A DNA stretch of 64,000 nt from Candidatus Woesearchaeota archaeon (GTDB taxonomy: Archaea; Nanobdellota; Nanobdellia; SCGC-AAA011-G17; JACPNG01), in NCBI GenBank assembly GCA_016185615.1, contig JACPNE010000004.1, positions 4,625 through 68,624 of the forward strand, written 5' to 3'. The translations under genes and the position numbers were made by a program. Below the pieces are notes generated by a model. That model ran no database searches. It saw nothing but the letters and a program-made list of their open reading frames with translations, and was not told the origin of the DNA. Below, piece by piece: positions 28,220 to 37,937 of this stretch. Position 1 is the stretch's first letter, and each line of letters opens with the position of its first letter.

Positions 28220-29005
28220 TTATAATCTAGAAGTTTTTATTTCTTCCTTGCAATAACAGTCCCAATCCTTTATTTTAGGAATAACATTAATTAGTATCTG
28301 TTTAACTTTTTCAGAATTGTTCTTCATTATTCTAAGGATTATTTCAGTAGTTACTTTTTCTTCGCTTTGATGCCAGCAGTCATAATCCGTTGACATAGCT
28401 ATGGGCTGATAACAAATTCCAGCTTCCCTAGCTAATACTGCTTCTGGCACAGTAGTCATATTAATAGTATCGCAACCCCAACTTCTGAACAATTTGGATT
28501 CTGCTTTTGTGCTAAATCTGGGTCCTTCAATAGTAACCATTGTCCCTTTTTCATGATAAGGATAATTTAATTCCTTGGCTGTCTCAACTAATAATTTCCT
28601 TATTTTGTTACAGAAAGGCTCTGCCATTGAGATATGGCATACTTCTACTCCTTCATAGAATGTTTGATGTCTTTTAGTTGTCCTGTCTATAAATTGGTCA
28701 ATAAAAACTAAATCTCCTGGTTTAATCTCTTCCCTTAAAGAGCCACAAGCTGTAGGAGCTATAATATGTGTAACCCTTAATTCCTTCATTGCATAGATGT
28801 TTGCCCTATAATTAACATTGCTAGGATAGATTCTATGGGAATCTCCATGTCTTGGAATAACAACAACATCTACTCCCTTAACCTTTCCCGTCATAACTAA
28901 GTCTGATGTTGAGCCATAAGGGGTATGTACTTTAATTTTCTTAGAATCTTGCATTATTTCTGGGTTATCAATTCCAGATCCTCCGATAATGCCTACCTTA
29001 ACCAT
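28220..29005 (-). CDS. mtnP: S-methyl-5'-thioadenosine phosphorylase
   Basis: [41 protein letters not shown] and TDYDCW motifs. Confidence 0.95.
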   Translation of the reverse strand: MVKVGIIGGSGIDNPEIMQDSKKIKVHTPYGSTSDLVMTGKVKGVDVVVIPRHGDSHRIYPSNVNYRANIYAMKELRVTHIIAPTACGSLREEIKPGDLVFIDQFIDRTTKRHQTFYEGVEVCHISMAEPFCNKIRKLLVETAKELNYPYHEKGTMVTIEGPRFSTKAESKLFRSWGCDTINMTTVPEAVLAREAGICYQPIAMSTDYDCWHQSEEKVTTEIILRIMKNNSEKVKQILINVIPKIKDWDCYCKEEIKTSRL

Positions 29006-29056
29006 AACTTTTCAATCCAGATAAAATTTAAATAAGTTTCCATAGACAATTATGAA

Positions 29057-29485
29057 ATGAAATACTTATTTGTTATTATTGGAATCATAGGATTAATATT
29101 AATGTCAATATTTTCATTAACACAGTATAATAATTATTTTCCTGCTATCAAGGATCTCGAAAAATATCCGGAAAAATATGATGGGGTATTAACAGAGCAA
29201 TATGGAAAAATTGAAGAGATAAGAGAAGACGGTTTCATCTTGGCATTGGGAAATGAAAAAATATTTGTTAAATCAGCTAATGTAAGAAAGCCAATATATG
29301 GAACTGTTTCTGTTGTCGGAATATTCCATAAAGAAGGTTTCATTGAGTTAAAAGACATTCACTATTTTGATTACAATACTACAAAGTATGTAATCTCAAT
29401 TATTGGATTGATAATATTTCTTGTTATATTTTTTAAAGAATGGAAAATAACTTCAAGAGGGTTTAAATATGCCAGACTGGATTAG
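29057..29485 (+). CDS. Membrane protein with a small extracellular OB-fold-like domain
   Basis: Terminal TM helices flanking a P.KY.G...G.I beta domain. Confidence 0.65.
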   Translation: MKYLFVIIGIIGLILMSIFSLTQYNNYFPAIKDLEKYPEKYDGVLTEQYGKIEEIREDGFILALGNEKIFVKSANVRKPIYGTVSVVGIFHKEGFIELKDIHYFDYNTTKYVISIIGLIIFLVIFFKEWKITSRGFKYARLD

Positions 29486-29942
29486 TCATATATTAATAGC
29501 ATTGATTATTGTAGAGTTATTTAATATAAAATACAAAGGATTAGTAATTCTAGGATCAGTGCTTCCGGATTTCTTTTTCAAAATAGCTACTCTTGGGACT
29601 TTTATAAAGATTCCATCAACAGAAATTTATTGGAGCTTATTACCAATCCATATCCCATTAGGAACTTTATTTCTAACATTGATAATAGCTTCATTTTTCA
29701 GATTTGATTATTTTAAAACTGTTTTATTTATAACAGTCGGATGGATAACACACTTTGCCTCAGATTCATTATTCAAATCATTATTGATAAATCCCCAAGC
29801 AATGTTGTTATTCCCATTTTCTTGGAATATGTTCAGCTTCAGTTTGTTATGGAGTGACCAATATTATATTGTATTGGCTATAACAATAATTCTATATTTA
29901 ATAGTAAAATTGTCAAAGCTTAAACTAACGAAAGTTATTTAA
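29469..29942 (+). CDS. YdjM-like membrane-bound metal-dependent hydrolase
   Basis: MPDWISH, GSVLPD, H, THFASD and LLFPF motifs. Confidence 0.8.
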   Translation: MPDWISHILIALIIVELFNIKYKGLVILGSVLPDFFFKIATLGTFIKIPSTEIYWSLLPIHIPLGTLFLTLIIASFFRFDYFKTVLFITVGWITHFASDSLFKSLLINPQAMLLFPFSWNMFSFSLLWSDQYYIVLAITIILYLIVKLSKLKLTKVI

Positions 29943-29965
29943 TATGAATATTAGTCACCAATGAA

Positions 29966-30517
29966 ATGAAAAGTCAAAAGACAAGATTTGAAACTGAACT
30001 AAGGCAGAATTACAATGAAGATATGTCCAATATTCTTGTAAGATTCAAATGGTTCAGAAAGAGATTATTTTATAGGTGGATTATAAAAAAATGGTTCAAA
30101 AACTGCAATGATATTTTAGATGTGGGCGCAGGAAACGGGGAATTTGTAAGAATAGCAAAAAGACTTGGAAAAAACTGTATCGGAATAGATATTAATAATT
30201 CAAGGGCAGAAAATCCATTAATCAAACATATGGATTTTAGGGATGTTAATTTCCAAGTTGATGGGGTATTCTCTATGATGCTATTGGAGCATGTTGATTG
30301 CTTTGAGTTTATGGAAAAAATGTCTAATGTTTGTAAGAAAAGATTAGTAACTGTAACTTATTATCCTGTAAGAAGCTTTTGGCAGTCTCCAGATCATACT
30401 AGACCTTATCTTCCAATAACTTTGAAAAGATTATACAAGGCTTATGGATTCAAGCCAATATTTGCTAGAAGGATAAGTTATACTACTGTAATGGCTGTGG
30501 GGGATAAGATTTACTAA
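29966..30517 (+). CDS. Class I SAM-dependent methyltransferase
   Basis: ILDVGAGNG, LLEHV, FW..PDH.RP. Confidence 0.88.
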   Translation: MKSQKTRFETELRQNYNEDMSNILVRFKWFRKRLFYRWIIKKWFKNCNDILDVGAGNGEFVRIAKRLGKNCIGIDINNSRAENPLIKHMDFRDVNFQVDGVFSMMLLEHVDCFEFMEKMSNVCKKRLVTVTYYPVRSFWQSPDHTRPYLPITLKRLYKAYGFKPIFARRISYTTVMAVGDKIY

Positions 30518-30571
30518 TATGTCAAATAAATTCAAAGTAAATTATTTGAGTTTAGACTTGGAGTTTTCAGC

Positions 30572-32266
30572 ATGAGAATACTCGGGATTAATGATTCGCA
30601 CGATGCAGGTGTTACATTAATAGACAACGATAAAGTCATTTCTATCAACGAAGAAAGATTAAACAGAATGAAGTTATGTTATGGGTTTCCAGGGATGTCT
30701 CTTAATGAAGCGCTTAAGATTGCTAATCTAAAACCAGAAGACATAACCTATGTTTCTATAGCAACAAAATATGCAAAGTTTGTTCCAAAGCCAATTCCAC
30801 ATAGTGATATGGCATTATTGTTAATGGAAGACCGCTCTAAGATAAGTGAATTAAGTCCATATCTTGGATTTTTATTTAACAAGAATATCTGGACAAAAAT
30901 ACAAAAAAGATTTCTCGATTCAAAGAGAATAGAAAGGCAGAAAGAAATAACTAATTTATTAAGGGAATTGGGATTTAAATGCCCAATAACTTTCGTTGAG
31001 CATCATCTATGTCATGCAGCAAGTGCACATTTCACATCCGGCTTGAATAAAACTTTGATAATAACTTCAGATGCGGCAGGAGATGGATTATCAACAACTG
31101 TTTCTATAGGAGAAAAACATGAAATAAAAAGGTTGTACGAGTCTAATTCATACAATTCAATAGCAAAATTCTACAGCTATGTTACCTCAATTCTTGGATT
31201 CAGTATGGGAAAGCATGAAGGAAAAGTAACAGGATTAGCTGCATATGGAAAACCAATTTATCTTAATGTTTTCAAAAAGATGATAATCTCGAAAAATGGA
31301 AAAATAATAAATATCTCAAATTCAAGGCATGATCAGAGTATAAAAAAAATTCTTAAAAAAATTGGAGATAATTTCAGCAAAGAAGATTTAGCATCAAGTA
31401 TACAGTTACATTTAGAGAATGAGTTCTCAAACTTTGTTGAACATTGGGTTAATAAAACCGGGATAAAAGATGTTGTTTTGGCTGGTGGCTTATTTGCTAA
31501 TGTTAGATTAAATCAGAAGATACATGAGATAAAAGGGATAAACTCTGTTTATGTCCATCCGCATATGGGTGATGGTGGATTAAGCATGGGTGCAGCATTA
31601 TATACAAAGAATAAGTTTTCATATTATAATAAAAAATTAGATACAGTTTATTTTGGAAACGAGTATGATGATGAAGCAATAAGGAAAGCACTGGATAAAA
31701 ATAGAGTAAATTACAGGTATCACAGGAGCATTGAGAAAGAAATAGCAAGATTATTAGCTGCTGGAAAAGTTGTAGCAAGATTTAATGGTGCTATGGAGTA
31801 TGGCCCAAGGGCTCTGGGAAATAGGAGCATATTGTATCAAGCTAATGATCCTAAAGTAAATGACTGGTTGAATAAAAAATTAAAGAGAACAGAATTTATG
31901 CCATTTGCTCCCGTTACATTAAGTGAATTAGCATCTAAAAGTTATCTGAATTTGAATGGTGCTGAATACGCTGCTAAATTTATGACAATAACATTTTATT
32001 GTAATGAAGAGATGAAAGAGAGTTGTCCCGCTGTTGTTCACCTTGATAACACTGCACGTCCACAATTAATTTCAGAGAAAGAAAATCCAAGCTACTACAA
32101 AATATTAAGAGAGTATTACAAATTGACTAATGTTCCTACGATAATTAACACAAGTTTCAACATGCATGAAGAGCCTATTGTGTGCTCTCCAGAAGACGCT
32201 ATAAGATCATTCAAGCAGGGTCATCTCGATTATTTAGCTATTGGAAATTTCTTGGTTGAGAATTAG
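30572..32266 (+). CDS. O-carbamoyltransferase (NodU/CmcH/TobZ family)
   Basis: ILGI...HD, EERLNR.K, HHLCHAAS, EGKVTGLAAYG, EYGPRALGNRS, PFAP and NTSFNMHEEP motifs. Confidence 0.95.
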   Translation: MRILGINDSHDAGVTLIDNDKVISINEERLNRMKLCYGFPGMSLNEALKIANLKPEDITYVSIATKYAKFVPKPIPHSDMALLLMEDRSKISELSPYLGFLFNKNIWTKIQKRFLDSKRIERQKEITNLLRELGFKCPITFVEHHLCHAASAHFTSGLNKTLIITSDAAGDGLSTTVSIGEKHEIKRLYESNSYNSIAKFYSYVTSILGFSMGKHEGKVTGLAAYGKPIYLNVFKKMIISKNGKIINISNSRHDQSIKKILKKIGDNFSKEDLASSIQLHLENEFSNFVEHWVNKTGIKDVVLAGGLFANVRLNQKIHEIKGINSVYVHPHMGDGGLSMGAALYTKNKFSYYNKKLDTVYFGNEYDDEAIRKALDKNRVNYRYHRSIEKEIARLLAAGKVVARFNGAMEYGPRALGNRSILYQANDPKVNDWLNKKLKRTEFMPFAPVTLSELASKSYLNLNGAEYAAKFMTITFYCNEEMKESCPAVVHLDNTARPQLISEKENPSYYKILREYYKLTNVPTIINTSFNMHEEPIVCSPEDAIRSFKQGHLDYLAIGNFLVEN

Positions 32267-33167
32267 AATTGTTCATTAAGATATAGCTATATATTAATCC
32301 AAATGAGAATGATATGATAACAGAAGCTAATCTGTCTAATAAAGCTACTTGCAATCCTTCAGCAGCAGTTAATCCAAGGAAAGTTGAAGATAATGTTATG
32401 ATAAATTCAGTTACTCCCAATCCAGCAGGAGTGATACTTATAAGGGTAGATATTGTCGAGAATATTGATACTATAAAAATAACAAATATTGGAATAGATA
32501 AATCAAATGATCTATAAGCGAAAAATAATCTAGTTCCCATTATAAGGACAAATAATAGTTCATAGACAGATAATTTATATAATAATCTCGAATCTTTGCT
32601 TAATAATTTCCATCCATTGATTATATTGATAATCCAGTTAAGGATTTTATTATTTCTTCTTCTGAATTCTGGGGGAAAAAATACCAAGAACAATGTTGCT
32701 AAAGTTAATAAAAGGAATGCGATAAAAATCCATATATTAAATATATTAAGATATAATAAAGCTAAAACAGTCAATAATAATCCAGATAAGCCATAAACTA
32801 AAAATCTTATTATGTATAAAGCAGTCATTGTTGTCAAAAAAGTTGCATAAGGAAAATTATGGATTTTCTTAAGATAAAAACCCCTAGCAATGACACCCCC
32901 CCTTGGAGTCAGATAATTACCCATTACTGTAATTGCGGCTAACCCCATCCATTCTTTTATTTTTAAATTGATATTATAGTAGCTTGAGAATAATTTTATT
33001 CTGATTCCATTTATGTATAATCCAAGAAATGAAAGAAATATCATTAAAGGAAGATACCTAAAAGATATTTTTGGAATGATTGTAAAATCATAGTAATTAC
33101 TTTTAATGAATATAAAAAGCAAAATTAACAAAACTAGATACGCCAAGAGAGTCATTAGCTTTTTCAT
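32238..33167 (-). CDS. UPF0104/lysylphosphatidylglycerol-synthase TM-domain protein, putative flippase
   Basis: NYLTP.GG..R, TPAGLGVTE and DR motifs; multi-TM. Confidence 0.87.
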   Translation of the reverse strand: MKKLMTLLAYLVLLILLFIFIKSNYYDFTIIPKISFRYLPLMIFLSFLGLYINGIRIKLFSSYYNINLKIKEWMGLAAITVMGNYLTPRGGVIARGFYLKKIHNFPYATFLTTMTALYIIRFLVYGLSGLLLTVLALLYLNIFNIWIFIAFLLLTLATLFLVFFPPEFRRRNNKILNWIINIINGWKLLSKDSRLLYKLSVYELLFVLIMGTRLFFAYRSFDLSIPIFVIFIVSIFSTISTLISITPAGLGVTEFIITLSSTFLGLTAAEGLQVALLDRLASVIISFSFGLIYSYILMNNSNSQPRNFQ

Positions 33168-33247
33168 TTAAGAAAAATAAAAAATAGCATTATTAAACCT
33201 TTTCTATTGATAGCAACAGTTATATATTATTAAAAGATTAAATATCG

Positions 33248-33880
33248 ATGAGTAATAAAATGCTGAAAGACAGAGAGGGAATACTAAAAAAGTATTTAGT
33301 CAGACCATTTTCAACAAGAATTACAAAAGTTATTGTAGATACAAAGATAACTCCGAACCAGATAACATTATTATATATTTTATTATCTTTACTATCATCT
33401 TACTTCTTCCTGCAAGGTTCATATAGAGAGTTGATTATAGGGGCAGTAATACTAAAAATAGCATATATATTTGATGGTGTTAATGGAGAACTAGCAAGAA
33501 TAAGAAAAATAACCTCAGAGTTTGGATCATGGTTCGATGATTTTGGAGACAGAATAAGAGAATCTGTTACATTTATTTCATTAGCAATTGGCTTATATAA
33601 GATATCAAATGATGTGAATGTTCTTTATCTTGGATTATTAGCCATAGCAAACGTATTGTTAGTGGCATTCGCGAAATCTCCGACATTATCAAAAAATGTT
33701 TCAACAAAACCAGAATTTAATATAGGAAAAAACTTTTTCGGATTCACAGACACAACAGTTTATGTAACAATTATATTAGCATTATTAAACCAAGTTTATA
33801 TTCTTTTATGGATATATTCTACAGTCGGGGCTTTAGTATGGATGAAGAAATTAATCTCAATATACAAAGAGCACAATTAG
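33248..33880 (+). CDS. CDP-alcohol phosphatidyltransferase family protein
   Basis: TPNQIT and DGVNGELAR...G.WFD...D (second Asp replaced by Asn). Confidence 0.87.
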   Translation: MSNKMLKDREGILKKYLVRPFSTRITKVIVDTKITPNQITLLYILLSLLSSYFFLQGSYRELIIGAVILKIAYIFDGVNGELARIRKITSEFGSWFDDFGDRIRESVTFISLAIGLYKISNDVNVLYLGLLAIANVLLVAFAKSPTLSKNVSTKPEFNIGKNFFGFTDTTVYVTIILALLNQVYILLWIYSTVGALVWMKKLISIYKEHN

Positions 33881-34563
33881 TCTTTTCTTATTATAACTAA
33901 AAGATATCCAGCAAAAATCTTTAGCCAGGATCTTTGCAAATTTTTATCAAGAAATTTTAAAATATTTGATACCAATGGAATTCTATATACAAATCCAAAC
34001 GGAGTAAATATTCTTATTCCATAAACTTTCTCAATTTTCGTATTTTCAGGCAGAATCATTTTTATGTCATTTATTGTATCATATCTGGAAAAAGTCCTAT
34101 TTCCGGATGTATAATCCCTAAATCGATTTGTGAGAAATTTCATACTTAATGGATTATAAAACTCGAGTATTAATACCCCATTTTTCTTTGTTACTCTTGA
34201 CATCTCTTCCAATGCTTTCTTTATATCAGCAACATGTGGCAAAACTTTTAATGAATAAACAACATCAAACTGATTATTTTTGAATGGAATATCAGTTGCG
34301 CTCGCTTGTTTTACATCTAATTTCTTTTTCTTTGCATTATTTAACATCCCGGAACTTAAATCAATCCCCTTTGCAGATTTTGCTATTTTAGAAACCCTTT
34401 CTAAAACCAATCCAGTTCCGCATCCGACTTCTAACACATTTTTTTCTTTTGCTAACTTGAAGATTTTTTCTAATTCCAGATTTCTCACAAAGTTATGATA
34501 GCTGGTTGATCTTTCCGAATCATATTTCTTATAATCATCATAATAATTTTTTATTGGTCTCAT
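33877..34563 (-). CDS. Class I SAM-dependent methyltransferase
   Basis: VLEVGCGTG, IDLS..ML, IPF....FD, E..RV motifs. Confidence 0.9.
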   Translation of the reverse strand: MRPIKNYYDDYKKYDSERSTSYHNFVRNLELEKIFKLAKEKNVLEVGCGTGLVLERVSKIAKSAKGIDLSSGMLNNAKKKKLDVKQASATDIPFKNNQFDVVYSLKVLPHVADIKKALEEMSRVTKKNGVLILEFYNPLSMKFLTNRFRDYTSGNRTFSRYDTINDIKMILPENTKIEKVYGIRIFTPFGFVYRIPLVSNILKFLDKNLQRSWLKIFAGYLLVIIRKD

Positions 34564-34604
34564 AATTAGTTAAGCATTTTAGAAGAATTTAAAACATTTA
34601 CTAA

Positions 34605-36035
34605 TTAGAATATGTCCATCCTATCAAGCATTTTTTCACCATAATATCTTAACGATCTTATTCTTGATAACTTCCAAGCAATATATCCAAGCGGTTTTCC
34701 AAACATATTTTGCAAAACCCATTTGTCAGCCTCAGCTGTACAATGAAGATAAGCTTTCAATCTTAATTCTTTTGGAAAATCCTCGGTCTCATAAACAATG
34801 TTCGCATATTCATATTCTTTTCCTGTTGTTTGTGTTCCCAAAGTATGGGATGCCTCATAATGGGATTCTTCAATTGGAATAATAGGGGTTGAATTTTCCT
34901 TTGCCCATTCATATAATTCTGTCTGTGGCATTGGTACAGGATTAGAATACCTTGGAAGATCAATCCCATGTTTCTTAAAGAAATTAATGCTTGCTAATTC
35001 CTTTTCATAAGTGCTTCCAGGCAATCCAACAATAAAAAATGCCTTTATCTTGATTCCAGCATCCTTGCATATCTTGATTGCCCTTACAATAACATCTACG
35101 TTAGCTGGTTTTTTCATTTGTCTAAGAACATCATCATGAACAGATTCGATTCCCATTGAGATTAAAGTACAGCCAGCTTGTTTCATCTTCTGCATCATCT
35201 CTTTATTTACAGAAGCTGCTGTTATGCCTTGCCCGACTATCCATTTTATTTTCAGATCTCTTCTTATAATCTCATCGCATATCTCAATAACTCTTTTGTT
35301 TATAAAACCGAAATTATCATCCAATATCTGGAAATTGGTTGTGCCAAATTTTTTATGTATATATTCTAATTCATCCACAACATTCTTTGGGCTTCTGTAT
35401 CTATATCTAACAAAAACTGCTGGAATTGTGCAAAAAATGCATTTATGTGGGCATCCACGGGCAGTCATTATCGGGAATTTTATTCTTTTTATATTTTTAT
35501 TATATTTTTTTAGATCAAAAAGATGCCATGCAGGAAATGGTATACTATCAATATCATCTCTTAACTCTCTTTCATTAATTATTATTTTATCATTTTCTTT
35601 ATATCCTAATCCTGGAACTGATTTCCAGTCTTTGTCATTTTGGTATTTTTCCAAGAATTCTGGAAATACAAATTCTCCCTCTCCGACCATAATGAAATCA
35701 ACATATGATTTCGGAAGTATTGATTCAGCTAATGTTGTTACTTCTGGACCACCAGCAACTATCATGATCTTTGGATTATGATTTTTGACAATCCTCATCT
35801 GATTAAATGCATTTTTAACAGTCAGAGAAGCTAGACTAAATGTAACAACGTCAGGATTAAATGATTTTAGTGTTGACTCAAATCCTTCCTCAACACCTTT
35901 TATTCTCATATCTAAAATTTTAACTTCATGTCCTGCTTTTTCCAATGCTGCAGCTATATAAGCCTGGGCTAATAAAGGTCTTTTTGGTCTGTAATTACCT
36001 ACAATATCCTTAGGTTGTGTCATTAAGATTTTCAT
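34605..36035 (-). CDS. Cobalamin-binding radical SAM protein (no. 1)
   Basis: N-terminal B12-binding domain (GGPE, GEGE), RGCPHKCIFC, DDNF, GIES, FIVGLPG. Confidence 0.93.
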   Translation of the reverse strand: MKILMTQPKDIVGNYRPKRPLLAQAYIAAALEKAGHEVKILDMRIKGVEEGFESTLKSFNPDVVTFSLASLTVKNAFNQMRIVKNHNPKIMIVAGGPEVTTLAESILPKSYVDFIMVGEGEFVFPEFLEKYQNDKDWKSVPGLGYKENDKIIINERELRDDIDSIPFPAWHLFDLKKYNKNIKRIKFPIMTARGCPHKCIFCTIPAVFVRYRYRSPKNVVDELEYIHKKFGTTNFQILDDNFGFINKRVIEICDEIIRRDLKIKWIVGQGITAASVNKEMMQKMKQAGCTLISMGIESVHDDVLRQMKKPANVDVIVRAIKICKDAGIKIKAFFIVGLPGSTYEKELASINFFKKHGIDLPRYSNPVPMPQTELYEWAKENSTPIIPIEESHYEASHTLGTQTTGKEYEYANIVYETEDFPKELRLKAYLHCTAEADKWVLQNMFGKPLGYIAWKLSRIRSLRYYGEKMLDRMDIF

Positions 36036-36132
36036 TTTAACTATAAAAACAGAAATTATCTGTCCCACCACCTCCAAACTTATATCTTTACCGATAATAT
36101 AATTTAAAAAGCTTTTTATTACATATTATAAA

Positions 36133-37854
36133 ATGAGAAAAGATATCAATAAACTTATACTTATATTTATTTTATTAGTTATAGCTAAGAGCTTATTGTC
36201 ATCATTCATTTTGGCTCCAAGTGAATTTTCTGATGGTTATATTTATTCTAAAATTGCGAGAAGTGTCTTCTTTTCACAAGAATTTTCTGTGCATGAAATT
36301 AGTGTAGATCACCTTCCTTTATATCCTATAATTTTATCTCCGGCATACCTTTTCCAGGATATGAACAATGTTTATTTATTTATGAAAATAATTAATGCTT
36401 TTATATCTTCATTAATAATCTTTCCAGTATTTTTCTTAGCAAAAGAATTTTTAAGTACTAAAAAATCATTCTTATTTTCCATATTAATCTCTGTTCTTCC
36501 TTCTAACTTTGCATTCTCTTCATATTTGATGACTGAAAACTTATTTTACCCCTTATTTTTAACTTCAGTTTATTTCATCTATAAATCATTCCAAGAAGAC
36601 AGAATAAAGTATGATATTCTAGCATCAGTATTTATCGGCTTGTCATTCTTGACAAGAGCTTTATCCATTGTATTAATTTTTATAGTATTTGCATTGTTTG
36701 TTTATAAAATTATAAAGAAAGATTATGAAATAAAAGATATTTCTATAAAATTAGTTTTATATATACTACCATTTTTGATAATAATCTCTCCATGGATAGT
36801 AAGAAACATGTTATTATCAAACAATGAGCTTGGAATCATTACAAGCCATTATGTCAATAAGTCATTTGCTTTACCAAGACCATTAAATATATTATTACTA
36901 TTTTCATTTATATGGACATTATTGTATTTTGGATTCATCCTTTTAGCATCTGGGGTCATATTTCCATTTATGCATCTTACAACAATAAAAGAATTTTTTA
37001 AAGAAAAAAAATTATTTTTATTATTGATTATATCTTATTTAGCAATTATTCCTATATTGATTATAATCTCAAGATATAATGCAGGAACTGTATTGTCTAA
37101 TGAGATTTTATTCAAAACTTATGGAAGACCATTAGGAAGACACATAGATGTTGTTTTGCCATTAATATTATTGCTTGGAGTTATAGGGTCAACAATGTAT
37201 AACAAAATAAAGTATAAATATCTTATTGCTACCACAATAATAACAGCAATCATACTTTTATTTTCTGTAAAATTGGTATTCTATCCTTTATTTCCGTTGA
37301 ATAATTTATCCTTGGCTTGGATTGGAACATTGAAGTATGGGATTGACTATTTGTTTTATGGAAAACAAACCACAGATGTCATATTTAGCATGATATCTTT
37401 TTTATTTTTCATATTACTATTTTTGATAATCCCTTTTAGTTTATTTTTATTGCAAAAAAATAAAAAACTTGAAACAAATAGTATAATGAAATTCTTTATC
37501 ATATTCTTCCTTTTAGTCAGCCTATTAAATTATGGATTGACATATTATAATTCAAATATATGGTATAACGGAGAACAGATGCAGTTAGGATTATGGCTTA
37601 ATGATTATGATCCTAAAATATCAAATATATTAATAGATGAAAGGGATTGTACAGGAAAAATCTCAAAAGAAGACCAATCAAGCTTATGCGAGCCGTCAAA
37701 GATATCAACAATAATTGGATTTTGGCTGAATGATGAGATTAAGATAGGAGATGTTTCTAATCTAGAGAATATAGATTATGTAATAACAAAGCATAATATG
37801 GATTTAGAGCTTGTTAAAGAGTCTGAAAGCGGAATAAGGGTATATAAAAGATGA
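36133..37854 (+). CDS. GT-C fold glycosyltransferase (PMT/ArnT-like)
   Basis: DG..Y...AR, PLYP, MTENL, PW..RN; many TM helices. Confidence 0.82.
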   Translation: MRKDINKLILIFILLVIAKSLLSSFILAPSEFSDGYIYSKIARSVFFSQEFSVHEISVDHLPLYPIILSPAYLFQDMNNVYLFMKIINAFISSLIIFPVFFLAKEFLSTKKSFLFSILISVLPSNFAFSSYLMTENLFYPLFLTSVYFIYKSFQEDRIKYDILASVFIGLSFLTRALSIVLIFIVFALFVYKIIKKDYEIKDISIKLVLYILPFLIIISPWIVRNMLLSNNELGIITSHYVNKSFALPRPLNILLLFSFIWTLLYFGFILLASGVIFPFMHLTTIKEFFKEKKLFLLLIISYLAIIPILIIISRYNAGTVLSNEILFKTYGRPLGRHIDVVLPLILLLGVIGSTMYNKIKYKYLIATTIITAIILLFSVKLVFYPLFPLNNLSLAWIGTLKYGIDYLFYGKQTTDVIFSMISFLFFILLFLIIPFSLFLLQKNKKLETNSIMKFFIIFFLLVSLLNYGLTYYNSNIWYNGEQMQLGLWLNDYDPKISNILIDERDCTGKISKEDQSSLCEPSKISTIIGFWLNDEIKIGDVSNLENIDYVITKHNMDLELVKESESGIRVYKR

Positions 37855-37937
37855 TAAAAAAATTTATATACACATCAAATTCTATAGTAAAGGATGGAGG
37901 TGAGGGTGGTTTCGTATTTTTAGTAAAACCTATTTAG

